Source of the DNA: Octopus vulgaris
Taxonomy: Eukaryota
Length of the DNA: 64,000 bases
Reading direction: 5' to 3'
Assembly: GCA_951406725.2 (NCBI GenBank)
Contig: OX597814.1
Location: forward strand, 52,390,001 to 52,454,000
Part shown: positions 29,970 through 41,832 of the stretch, in pieces
How positions within the stretch are numbered: the first letter of the stretch is position 1
Layout: each line of letters opens with the position of its first letter
Notes under the pieces: generated by a model
Told to the model about the DNA's origin: nothing
The model's input: the letters and a program-made list of their open reading frames with translations, nothing else
The model's database searches: none
Translations under genes and position numbers: made by a program

Positions 29970-30989
29970 TACTCCACTATCACTTAGCATTCTAGAAAGG
30001 CTTGGTGATATAAGTGAAAGCAAGGAAAAAGATTTCATTAAGGTGTAAAAGCAATGGATGAGTACCAGAGGAAGTGAGAGACACACATTATAACACATTA
30101 CTGCAGAAACCGTCAATGTGACTGTCATGGTAAATATTACTCAAAAATTCTTATAAAAGAAGCTTCTTGTGGGTTGAACAACAATTTTATGTTTTCTTTT
30201 GAATCACTAAAGATTCTAATGCAGTGCACTGTAAATTTCCATTCTGTAATAAACTGATTTATTAACATATGGTCATTTTAATATATTAATAGCATTATTA
30301 TTTTTGTAATATATTTTTATAGTCATAGACATGGCTGTGTGGTAAGAAGTTTGCTTTCCAACCACATAGTTTTGGGTTCACTCCCACTGCAAGTTCTAAG
30401 CCAACCAAAGTCTTATGAGTAGATTTGGAAGCCTGTAATATATATGTGTGTTACTGTCTCCTTGCCTTGACACATGGTAGTTATAAGTGAACGTCACTAA
30501 CATGCAAGTGGTGTCATTTTTTCAAATCTTTCCTGAAAATATATCTCATTACTCTACTAGGAAACAGGTGAGAATTGGTGACAAGAAAGGCATCCAGCTA
30601 TGAAAAATCTGCCTCTATAAATTCTGTCTGACCCATGAAAACACGAGAAAATGGATGTTAAAACAACAATGATGATGATCATTTTTGTATTACAATTGCA
30701 GATCAATATTTAATTAGAGCTGATAATGGAAAAATGATTCCATTTTGAGATTTCAAATATGGAATCAGCATCTCAAATACACCTCAGAAATCAAAGTCTA
30801 GATCTAATATATAAGGAGTTAAATGTTAGGGTTCACCCTAGATCTGTAATTTCAAATTATGAATGGATACAACATCTTGTAAAGGAACATGCTAACTTCA
30901 AAAGCAACAGAATACTTTTTTATCAATAAATTTTGTTAGAGATTACTTTAATTATGATTTATTCAAATCAATCAAAAATTTCTGAGTAG

Positions 30990-32150
30990 AGGCATAACAA
31001 GGATCTCAGTACCTGAGGGTGAAGTTAATTTTGCATCTCTGTCCAATTTAACAGGTGTAAGAAACGAGAAAAAATTTTGCACCCCTCCACACCTGTTCCT
31101 TGGTAGGGCGACTGCTCTCCCACCACCATGTCATGGATCTGGGTTTGAGGTATTATTGTTACCTGAATGACAGTATCAATTTGCATCTTCAAATAAACTG
31201 ATCATTGTAGAAATTTTTAAGCCAGTTTCACAAACACTTCTAGAATCTTCATTTTCAATTTTTTCAATTTCCTCAACAATTTAGTAGATTTATTGTCTGA
31301 AAGTAGTTCTTTTTAGGCATTTGCTAAAAACCTTTTGATGATACATTTTGGACAAGATTTATACTTGTTTCTATCACTATGACACCATGACTGAAATCAT
31401 CAAAATCACTATATTTTTTTTTTTTTTCTTGTCGATCATCTGAAATTTAGAAATTATTTCAAGCTGTTGAATGACTTCAATGTATGCGCTAAGCTTCACT
31501 TCATTTAAATAAAGATATTCTAAAGCTTTTAATACAATGTTCAAATGATTGTCATCAATGTCCTCATTCAATTCCAACTATCTTCTGCAGTATGTCCTTA
31601 AGTTCCATTTTCTTTTTGCAATGCACAAAAACTTGCTGACTCACGTAATCTCAGACAATAACTTTGAATCATTTTGGCCAGATTTTTGAGGCAGTGATAA
31701 GAATCTGACTCTTTCAGTAACGATTAATTTCTTTTGGGAACGAATTAATAACAATCTCAGAGATTTCTTCGTATTGCTAGAATTTGTAGAGTAAATTAAT
31801 TTCATCAACTTCCAGAGGCTTTGCCATTACAGAAACTTTTCTGGTGACGATCATACCAGCCTTTGATTAAACTAAATCCATGTTTTGTTCCTTGTCAACC
31901 GTGTCCAAAAGACTTCTTTCCTTCTTTCTTTTTGTTCTTGCTGTAGCAGGAAAGCATCGCAGATAAACCTTTGTCTATTTGGGTCATCGCGTGGAAGTAC
32001 CTTGTTAACCGGTGATGCCAGTGTCGTATCGTACAGTTTATGCAAGTACAACAATAGTAGATGCTTTACGTTCTTAAGATTTTTTCAACCGAATAACCAA
32101 ATTCTGACATTGGATTAGGAACCACCTTTAGTTTTAATCGACATGTAAAA
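30990..32150 (-). mobile_element. Degraded hAT (ZMYM1-like) transposase remnant
   Basis: Fragments such as HLNIVLKALEYLYLNEVKLSAYIEVIQQL, a basic QKxRKK N-terminal patch and ..IDTVI.. resemble decayed hAT transposases. There are many stops. Confidence 0.45.
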
Positions 32151-33226
32151 CGCATGTAACACTACAGTAATATTAGCATAATAATGACATCACAAAAAAA
32201 GTAACTGAATGTACATATAGAAAATTAAATAAAACCAGACGGGTGTTGAAATTGTTGGCAGTGTGTAAGAGAGATCGCATTTGACAGACAGATGTACAGA
32301 AAATGTGCAGGTAAAGAGCGGAACTGAAGAAACAAATCGGTTACATCCCATTCACCTTGATAAATGAACTATAATGTTAATTTCACGAACAGTTAATTAA
32401 CACAAGAAATAATTTGTCGTCAGCTATAGCAAACACGAAGAAAAGAAAAGGTGAAACTAAGCAGCAAAGAATGGAAAACATTTAGCGACCACGAACTGGA
32501 CTTGATTAGTAATATATTTTCAGTTTTAATAGCAGACACAATCATATAATTATATACATCAGAAGTATCGTATGTGTGTGTGTGTACACACACACACACA
32601 CACACGAATATGTCTCTGTATGTGAGTGTGGGCTTGTGTGCGCGTCATGGAAACGAATGTGTCGTTCCGACAGCAAAATTATTCTGAGAAAGGCATATTG
32701 AATTGAAACAATATGGGCATATATTTCCGTCTGATACAGTTGGCAGGGAACAAAAGTTGATTTTGGATATCCAAAATCGACTTTGTTGCAAATTTGTAAA
32801 ATTGATTGACTGATTAATTTTTTTAAAACAGAGGTTACTCTATTTAGCATCAGAGATACTGACTGAGAGAGAGAGTAAAAGGAGTAAAAGGAAGGATGTA
32901 TATTAAAAGTGGACTTGATAATAGAGATGTTGTCTGACTTATATAATTATCCTAGATACCCCTGACACCCACAGTGGTTGTACTAGCTGCTGCCAGGTTA
33001 TGAAACATTTAAGACGACACGACTGTTTATGAAGTTGAGAAGTCAGTATCATACACAACAAATGTAAACAATCACGTTAGAGAAATGAAAACATAATCGA
33101 CCAGATGAACAGGGGAAAAAAACCTTTCGCTTTACTCTTTTTAAAATTATAAGGTTTTGCAATTTGTTTACAGAACTAGGGGGCTCTTGATTATTAATTT
33201 TATAAATAATAAGCGTCAACACTCAC

Positions 33227-33571
33227 CCGTTCGTACCTGGCCCTCTCCTGAGCTTTTTCAAGTTTTTCGGCTTCTAACCTTGAAATAGTGTATTTAAGGT
33301 CTCCTATTTCATTGTTTTCCTGTTCATAACGAATGGCTAGGGCTTCCAAAAGCTCAAGGGATCGTACGACTTTGTGCATAAGCCCTGTGATCGCCTCTGA
33401 TCCATAGCAGTCTATCAACTTTTCAAGTTCTTTGCCAATGCCTGATGCCTGGTCATAAACGTCTGCAACGGAGATACCATAGCTATTTTCAATACTAGAC
33501 TCGCTAGACATCAGGAAATGTTCGTCGTTCATTCTAACTCTCCGAATGGTTTCAATTAAACAGGAATCCAT
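33227..33571 (-). CDS. RILPL1: First coding exon of a RILP-like protein (RILPL1/RILP homolog, RH1 domain)
   Basis: Translation ..ISVADVYDQASGIGKELEKLIDCYGSEAITGLMHKVVRSLELLEALA..ISRLEAEK..ERARYER matches the RH1 (JIP3/RILP homology 1) domain. It ends at a phase-0 GTGAGT donor (plus strand ACTCAC, 33221-33226). The start could instead be the second Met (MNDEHF). Confidence 0.88.
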
Positions 33572-33904
33572 CTAATTGACAAATAATTTGGGCCTGTATA
33601 CCACCACCCTAAATCGAGTCGTGGTATACAGCAGGAGCCCTTTGCGAGAATTATATATAAAAACAAGCTAATGTCAGACTTGGAAAAACTGATTCAATAC
33701 AGTAGCACTATTGACGAGAGTAAGAGGGAGGATGTTCCCTCTTGACAGTTTTAGCGACAACTTTCCTTCGCTTCACTTCGGCACAATTTAATCTTCGATC
33801 TCCATAGTTTCATTTAATCTTCCTCCTTTGACTCCTTCTCCTCTTACCATCATTAATGTTTTCCTCCCTTCTTCTCTCTTTATCCAATGTCCCGTCACCC
33901 TGCA

Positions 33905-33950
33905 AATGTCACGTGATACCAATTTTACGTCACTTCCGCGTTAGTAACAA
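33905..33950 (-). promoter_or_regulatory. Putative RILPL1 proximal promoter motifs (E-box/CLEAR-like and ETS-CRE composite)
   Basis: GTCACGTGAT at 33908-33917 and minus-strand CGGAAGTGACGT at 33927-33938, in a locally CpG-retaining region about 340 nt upstream of the ATG. Confidence 0.55.
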
Positions 33951-35628
33951 CCAGCTGTCGTATGATTCATATAATTTCCCGGTTATTAATACACCATATA
34001 TTAAAACGAATGTGATAGAGATAGAATATAATATACGGATTACGAAAAATAAATAGACTAAAAATAATCTAAGACGTATTATACACTCTGACACACCACC
34101 CACATTTGTTTATGCATTGGTAGTCATTTAGCGAGCTGGTTTCAATTCCCACTCCACTCATGCCCTTGATAAAAACATTCCCTTCTACAAATCTGAATCC
34201 ATATAAAAAATTGATTTATATAGAGGGAAGTGAAATGGTCAGGTGAGTAAGTTATTGGACAATTGACTCAATTTCATGATTCATTTTGTGTTCGCTGCTA
34301 GAGAGCACTAGAGCTGATGAAACTGAGTTAGCTCTCTTCATCTTAAAAAAGGTGTCATACTCACAGGGATTTTAACAAGACCCTGAGAATCCAACTGGAT
34401 GTCTCTTAAGGGGTCGACTGACCTACTAGAAATAGCAACCAAATCTCTTTCAAATTACACCCTACCGTATTAAGGACATATTGGATAATGTAGTCAGATA
34501 TGTCCATAAAAAGACTGAGTGTTTATATCAGGAATACTTTTGACCATAACTGCTCAATAGTTTGACACGCTAAACAATAACGAGCGAGCCTCTACGTATT
34601 CGTTCGGTCTGCTCGAAATAGTAACCAAATCTTACCCTATTGTCTTAAAAAAAAATCACATAGGATTACTTAGTACGTGTTATACCATTCGAAGGGTGCA
34701 AGAATGGTCGTGCCTGAAATGCTTTTGATTAAAGGTCAGTCCCTCTAAGCTTTATCAGAAACACTCGTCAGTTTACGCAACAATCAAATGTTTAATCATA
34801 TGATACCTATTTCCAAGCATTTGAAAGTGTTCACACAGACATGGCGCCATGACACTGTTTTGAACTGTGACTCTTTCCACTAGTGATCTCGTAACCTACT
34901 AAATGTGTTCATCTACATCTCTCATATAGAAAAAAAAAATTAAGTAGTAATTGTGTTTGGGGAGCACTATGCTCATCATCGTCGCACGCGCGCGCACACA
35001 CACACATCGTGGTCGTCGTCATCATCATCATCATCATGTAACGCCCGTTTTCCATGCTGGCATGGGTAGGACGATTTGACAGGAACTGACTTTTCAGAAG
35101 ACTGCACCAAGCTCTGCTGTGACAGTTTCTACAACTGACTGCCCTTCCTAATGCTAAGCGCTTAACAGAGTATAGGTGCTTTTATGTGGCACCAGCAGCT
35201 GTGAGGTCACCAAATAACTTACGGCTTCTCAATTTGAGTGAGAAGCAGTACTGAGGGACAGAAAAGCTGTCTTGCATCAGAAGAGAAATACCTCAGATGG
35301 AGAGAGAAGAGAAAGATGGTGAAGATGTGACTGGGAGGGGTCAGGGGTCATACAGAGTGGTGTATATAGTGAGTGGACTGGGAATTGGAGATGAGTAGGT
35401 AGGTGAGTTCACAAAATTTCAAAAGGCTAGTGAGAGCTAGAGGTGTGGGGATGTAATGAGTAGACACTAGTAGAGAGCAGAAGATATTTAACAGGGACAT
35501 ACTGTGTGCAGGTAGGTAGGTTGATATGAAAGGAAGGGGAAAACAATGACCTCTGTGAGGCTCAACATCTGAAGGTCACTTCTCGTCACTTCATCCGATA
35601 TCTTCCTGGGTTTTCCTGTTATACATAC

Positions 35629-36015
35629 ACTAGCAGTATCGCCCGGCGTTGCTCGGGTTTGTTTCGACCCTTTAGAATTGGAATTTTTGAAAAGTAAAAA
35701 TCTTGCATTATGTAGCTTGTTATTCTCTTTAAGTGAACATTTTTCTGGTTGAAATACACCAAAAAATGGTGACACAGCAGTCAAAAAAATCGTAAAAAAT
35801 AGGGATTTTCATAGAAAAAAAAGCACCTTTTTGATGTAAATAATTTTTGGTGTTAACATGGTCCAATTTGAATTTTATCTTCTAAGGAATGAAGAGCAAG
35901 ACTTCTTCTATCATACTCTCAATTTTGGTCAACTTGTGCTGCAGGGTCTCAGAGGAGATAGTGTTAGTTGAAGGCTACCAAACCTGCCACACACAGACAA
36001 CTTCAGCTTTATATA
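35629..36015 (+). mobile_element. Non-autonomous Helentron/Helitron-like element
   Basis: It begins ACTAGCAGTATC followed by the hairpin GCCCGGCGTTGCTCGGGT and ends CAGACAACTTCAGCTTTATATA next to a (TA)n tract, an architecture typical of DINE/Lep1-like elements. Confidence 0.55.
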
Positions 36016-36025
36016 TACATATATA

Positions 36026-36063
<38 letters not shown>

Positions 36064-36402
36064 TTCAATTTTTTTTCTCTTGTTGTCTGCGTGTTTAACT
36101 TGTTTGTTTTTGTACTTCATGCTGTTTACAGGTGGTGGCTTCCTGTACCCATATGTGCATATATATATAGATATAGATATAGATAGATAGTATAATCAGC
36201 TGAAATTGCGAGGATAATCTGATGCTTGACTGAGGAAAGAAAACTTCGAATGACCTGTCCTGGTTTTCTTTGTATCATCTATCTGAATGTTTAGTTGTCC
36301 CATTTTTGTATCACCTAGCTATCCGGATGTTTTGCTTTCTTGTCCCACTTTGTATTTATATATATATATAGCAAGAAAAAAGCAACAAAAATGGATCAAT
36401 AT

Positions 36403-38291
36403 CGCCAGCCTCATCTGGCACCTGTGTCGGTGGCACATAAAAACACCATCCGAAGACCCGGCAAGACTAGTCAAGCCATAACCCGTGACCCCTACCTGGG
36501 ACGTAGTCAGTCCACCTGTGCATACCTTCCTTCTTGTGACACTTGTGAAGACCTTTTGAGGCAAGTAAAAATCAAATCAAAACAAATCAAAATAGATGAA
36601 CATCAATGGAATTTGTATCTCTGTGGTACCAGTGCCGGTGGCACACAAGAAAACCATCCGAAGACCCGGCAAGACTAGTCAGGCCATAACCCGTGGCCCC
36701 TACCTGCGACGTAGTCAGTCCACCTGTGCATACCTTCCTTCTTATGACACTTGTGAAGACCTGTTGAGGCAAGTGATAATCAAAACAAATCAAAATCGAT
36801 GAACATCAATGGAATTTGTATCTCTGTGGTACCAGTGCCGGTGGCACACAAGAAAACCATCCGAACGTGGCGGTAGCCAGTACCACATCGACTGGCCTCC
36901 GTGCTGTGGGCACGTAACAAACACCATCCGATCGTGGGCGTTCGCCAGCCTCATCTGGCACCTGTGACGGTGGCACATAAAAACACCATCCGAAGACCCG
37001 GCAAGACTAGTCAGGCCATAACCTGTGGCCCCTACCTGGGACGTAGTCAGTCCACCTGTGCATACCTTCCTTCTTGTGACACTTGTGAAGACCTGTTGAG
37101 GCAAGTGAAAATCAACAAATCAAAAAATCAAAATCAAAACAAATCAAAATAGATGAACATCAATGGAATTTGTATCTCTGTGGTACCAGTGCCGGTGGCA
37201 CACAAGAAAACCATCCGAACGTGGCCGTAACCAGTACCGCATCGACTGGCCCCCGTGCTGTGGGCACATAACAAACACCATCTGATCGTGGCCGTTCGCC
37301 AGCCTCATCTGGCACCTGTGTCGGTGGCACATAAAAACACCATCCGAAGACCCGGCAAGACTAGTCAGGCCATAACCCGTGGCCCCTACCTGCGACGTAG
37401 TCAGTCCACCTGTGCATACCTTCCTTCTTATGACACTTGTGAAGACCTGTTGAGGCAAGTGATAATCAAATCAAATCAAAACAAATCAAAATCGATGAAC
37501 ATCAATGGAATTTGTATCTCTGTGGTACCAGTGCCGGTGGCACACAAGAAAACCATCCGAACGTGGCGGTAGCCAGTACCACATCGACTGGCCTCCGTGC
37601 TGTGGGCACGTAACAAACACCATCCGATCGTGGCCGTTCGCCAGCCTCATCTGGCACCTGTGACGGTGGCACATAAAAACACCATCCGAAGACCCGGCAA
37701 GACTAGTCAGGCCATAACCCGTGGCCCCTACCTGGGACGTAGTCAGTCCACCTGTGCATACCTTCCTTCTTATGACACTTGTGAAGACCTGTTGAGGCAA
37801 GTGAAAATCAAAAAATCAAAAAATCAAAATAGATGAACATCAATGGAATTTGTATCTTTGTGGTACCAGTGCCGGTGGCACACAAGAAAACCATCCGAAC
37901 GTGGCCGTAGCCAGTACCGCATCGACTGGCCTCCGTGCTGTGGGCACGTAACAAACACCATCTGATCGTGGCCGTTCACCAGCCTCATCTGGCACTTGTG
38001 TCGGTGGCACATAAAAACACCATCCGAGCGTGGTCGTCTGCCAGCCTCGTCTGGCACCTGTGTCAGTGGCACATAAAAAACACCATCCGAGCGTGGCCGT
38101 TCGCCAGCCTCGTCTGGCACCTGTGTCGGTGGCACATAAAATCACCCACTACACTCTCGGAGTGGTTGGCGTTAGGAAGGGCATCCAGCTGTAGAAACAC
38201 TGCCAGATCTGACTGGCCTGGTGCAGCCTTCGGGCTCCCCAGACCCCAGTTGAACCGTCCAACCCATGCTAGCATGGAAAGCGGACGTTAA

Positions 38292-38323
<32 letters not shown>
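36403..38323 (+). repeat. Tandem array of about 340-354 bp units derived from an RTE LINE/SINE 3' region, ending in a (GAT)n tail
   Basis: GATGAACATCAATGG recurs at 36595, 36798, 37152, 37494 and 37832. The terminal ACCCACTACACTCTCGGAGTGGTTGGCGTTAGGAAGGGCATCCAGC..(GAT)n matches the element at 19980-20165. Confidence 0.9.
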
Positions 38324-38324
38324 A

Positions 38325-38412
38325 TCGGTACAATTGTTTCATATGAAGACCACCTTTATTATGGCTGCAAATATTGCAGCAAATACACGTGACCCGTACT
38401 CATCAGCCGAAA
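38325..38412 (-). ncRNA. Second, slightly mutated hammerhead ribozyme copy on the opposite strand
   Basis: Reverse complement of the 38596-38685 motif. The core is intact, the helix II 3' strand CGTAC has become CATAT (two CpG-type transitions), and helix I is shortened by the adjacent insertion. Confidence 0.7.
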
Positions 38413-38595
38413 AAACATCTGAGTTCTCAAAACATCTAAGGGGGTGAGGCTACACTCATGAAACATTAGGGATAGTTCTATAAAAATCAAATTTAGATAA
38501 TAAACTGACTTCCAGTTCTGATTTTTATAGAACTATCCCTAATGTTTCATGACTGTAGCCTCACCCCTTTAGATGTTTTGAGAACTCAGATGTTT

Positions 38596-38685
38596 TTTCG
38601 GCTGATGAGTACGGGTCACGTGTATTTGCTGCAATATTTGCAGCCATAATAAAGGTGGTCTTCGTACGAAACAATTGTACCGAAA
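38596..38685 (+). ncRNA. Type I hammerhead ribozyme, minimal Penelope-like architecture
   Basis: Helix I TTTCGG/CCGAAA; core CTGATGA 38602-38608; helix II GTACG/CGTAC, extended by GGTCAC/GTGGTC and an internal GCTGCAA/TTGCAGC hairpin; GAAA 38668-38671; palindromic helix III ACAATTGT; GUA cleavage triplet ending at 38679. Confidence 0.85.
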
Positions 38686-38849
38686 TATTGATCCATTTTT
38701 ATTGCTTTTTTCTTGCTTATAATCACCCCGCATTATCTTATGGCTAATACCGTATAGATTTCTGGTGCATCTAAGTTAAGTACCTCATTCATGTGAGTTA
38801 ACAGACCTCATTCATGTGAATTCAACAGAACTCACTTGAATCTTAATTG

Positions 38850-38887
<38 letters not shown>

Positions 38888-41832
38888 TATTATATATAAT
38901 ACAGATGGATTAATATTTAAATGTAATTTGTTATGTTAATCATCAACATCTGGGAGAAGTGGCATGGCTAAGTATGTGAACATATTTTAAAAGGCACAGA
39001 CGGGGTTGGATTGTTAAGAAATTATCTTCACAATAATGAGGTTCAGTCCTAGTATATAACACCTTCTACCATTGTCTAAAGAGAACCTCACACTTATGAC
39101 TGAAACTGAAAGGACAGAGGTTATGTGAAAGCCAATCAAATAGCCTGTATCAGTGATAATGGGCCTCACCCTGTCATATAGTGTTATGCTGATTGTGCTT
39201 CAATATTATGTTCAGGATAGTTGTCCCCTTTATTTCATACGAGTTGTTGCCCTTGGTTCAAGCAGAGCCTTTCACAGTTGAAGCAATGCCTTTAATCCTA
39301 GTATGACAAGAAATATTATTTCTGGTACAGTTTGCTGTCGTGCATTTGAATTCAATGGCTAATTTCATCAATATGGAAGTTTATACAGAATGAAAACAAG
39401 ACTTAAGAATATGGGTAATATATTCTTATGCTCTTTGTCCAAAAACAAAACAAAGAGCTACTGGGGCCCTCTCTAATATACATGAATGTTTACGTGACCT
39501 AACAACCACTGACATTGGACTAAAGACATTGGACTGATGAGCTTGCCAAGATTTATCATTCTTTAAGATTACATTACAAGAGCATAAATGGCATTAAAGA
39601 ATTATATTCTTACAAATGACCTTCAGTTACAAATCTGAATGGCTTCCTCATTTAGTAAAAGTATTTTTTATCAAAGACTAACCTTAACCTACTTTTGTAT
39701 ATATGTCCAGAATTGCAGGTGTGGAAGCTGAAGAGATGTAACAATGGGCTGAATGGTATAAGGTCATGCAAATACTGATCAAATTGTGAGGTGTAGTGTG
39801 TGTTTATGACAATCCTTTATTTCTCTGGCTGCAAGTAACTTATAGTATTTCTATGGAAATGAATTACCACATGAGAAGGATATATGATTACTGTAGTAAA
39901 AAAAGAAATTTAAAGTAGGAACTCATGAGAGTGGAATAGTCAAGCATTTAAAGTTAAACGTTATTCAATTCAAGATTTATGCATATCATCCATACCTTCA
40001 ATAGAAATAAAGAAAGGAAGGTCAGCCGGTCAGATGATATGATTATCAACACAGACTTGTCCAAATCTATTATTTGATGTTTGTAGAATGGGTAATACTG
40101 AAAAACATCCCAAAGTAAGCTGTTTGAATCTTATAAAGCATTATCAAAGTTTATATCTAAGAGATGTTCCATATAATATTTAACTTAGGAAAGCATTCAG
40201 ATCTGAATATTATCTGCTCTTTTAGGCCAGTGAGCTGGCAGAATTGTTAGCATGCTGGGCTAAATGCTTAGCAACATTTCGTCCATCTGTATGTTCTAAG
40301 CTCAAATTCCACTGAGGCTGATTTTGCCTTTCATCCTTTCAGGGTCGATAAAATAAATACCAGTTGAACTCTGGGATCAAAGTAAACATCTGACCACCCT
40401 CTCTCTCTCTCTAGCTTACTGGGCTTGTACCAAAATTTGAAAACAATATTTGCTCTTTTGATGACATTTATGTCATCTTAGAGGATGGGTCTTTATAAGG
40501 TGGTTTTATCATAATTTGTTGGAAAAAAGAACAAGATGGCTCCAATTTGTTGGTCACTTAAAAAAACAAAGTCTTTTAGTTTCAAAGACTCTTGCACTCA
40601 GTGAAGTAGTAGTGATGCTAGTTTCTAAGTGGCTGCTATGATACAGCAGATTTTTCCGCTGTCTAGATTATGAGATGTACTTTGTGAAATTGGCAATTTA
40701 TCATTTATAGAGTCCTTAAAGTTATCTATTCTTGTTAGTAATTGTCATCTTAGAGGTGATGTAATAAAATTAAAAGAAATGATGATCATCAAGGAAGTTA
40801 AGTTAAAATTGACCAGAAGTCATGGACAGATTTCAGATCAACTTCCTCTAAAATTTTGAGACAAACTGAATTATTACTGTTTATTTTTTCGTAGCACCAC
40901 TTCAAATAATATGTTTGGGAACTTTGGATATTTGTAGTTTGGGGAATTTTCCGTCGAAGGCATTGCTTAAACATGGAACTCTATTTGAAGTGTTATACGA
41001 TGTTTTGTGAGAACTAGCAGTGGAAACTAAAAACCTGAGGAGACTAGCGAAATTGATACGAGGTTGTCTCCCTTGTATAAATTACAACGCATGCAGTGAA
41101 CTGTTGGAGAGTAATAGTTTTCAAAAACGTAATTGTTAATAGTTGAGATGTGTAAAAATATGATATGAGATATTATATGATTTGAAGAGTTTGAAGCCTT
41201 CCTTTGCTAATATATTACTACTTTAATAGTTGGCAGTTTCAGCGATCGAATAACTGAACATCTGTTTATTAAAACTGGGGATTCATTCATTCACTACATT
41301 TCATTTTTCATGTAAAATGATTTTCTTGGTTATATAACTTTATAGTTCACCCACAGAGTTTAACTACGAATTTAATACTCAAATAACTCACTGAAAAAGG
41401 GAAATTTAAAAATAAAATGTTATGTGTTCCTTAGTGATCATTAATATATCAGGGTCTCTGTTTGCCTTTGTGTCTGTGTTTGTCTCTCCATCACAGCTTG
41501 ACAACCAATGTTGGTGTGTTTATGTCCCCTTAACTTAGTGGTTCAGCAAAAGAGCCCAATAGAATAAGTACCAGGCTTTAAAAAACGTACTGGAATCAAT
41601 TCATTTGACTTAAAATTCACGGCGGTGCCCCAGCATGGCCGCAGTCTAATGACTGAAACAAGTAAAAGATAAAAGAAAATATTAAATATATATTTATTTC
41701 TTTATTTTTATTTTATTATGTATTTAGATATTGGAAAAGTACATGTGTCTTTTTGCTTTTCCTTACCTTACTTACAAAAACAGATTCAGCCTACTTTATA
41801 CTTGAGAGAATAGTAACAACAAAGAAACTAAA

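Larger units (their letters stand above)
36370..38717. mobile_element. Fold-back (inverted pseudo-LTR, Penelope-like) element interrupted by a tandem array
   Basis: 165-bp arms at 38325-38489 and 38519-38683 (about 4 mismatches, 29-nt loop), plus outer 33-bp arms at 36370-36402 and 38685-38717. (TA)n tracts lie on both sides (about 36357 and 38853). Confidence 0.75.

Noticed and set aside
37090-37115. CTGTTGAGGCAAGTGAAA in each array unit as a hammerhead core (retrozyme hypothesis)
   Set aside because: The core has CUGUUGA, no credible helix II or III and no helix I partner. It aligns better with the RTE ORF terminus.
36403-38140. CRISPR-like array or repeated protein-coding ORFs
   Set aside because: The units are near-identical along their whole length with no unique spacers. 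There are no cas genes and the context is eukaryotic. ORFs on both strands are by-products of a GC-richer repeat.
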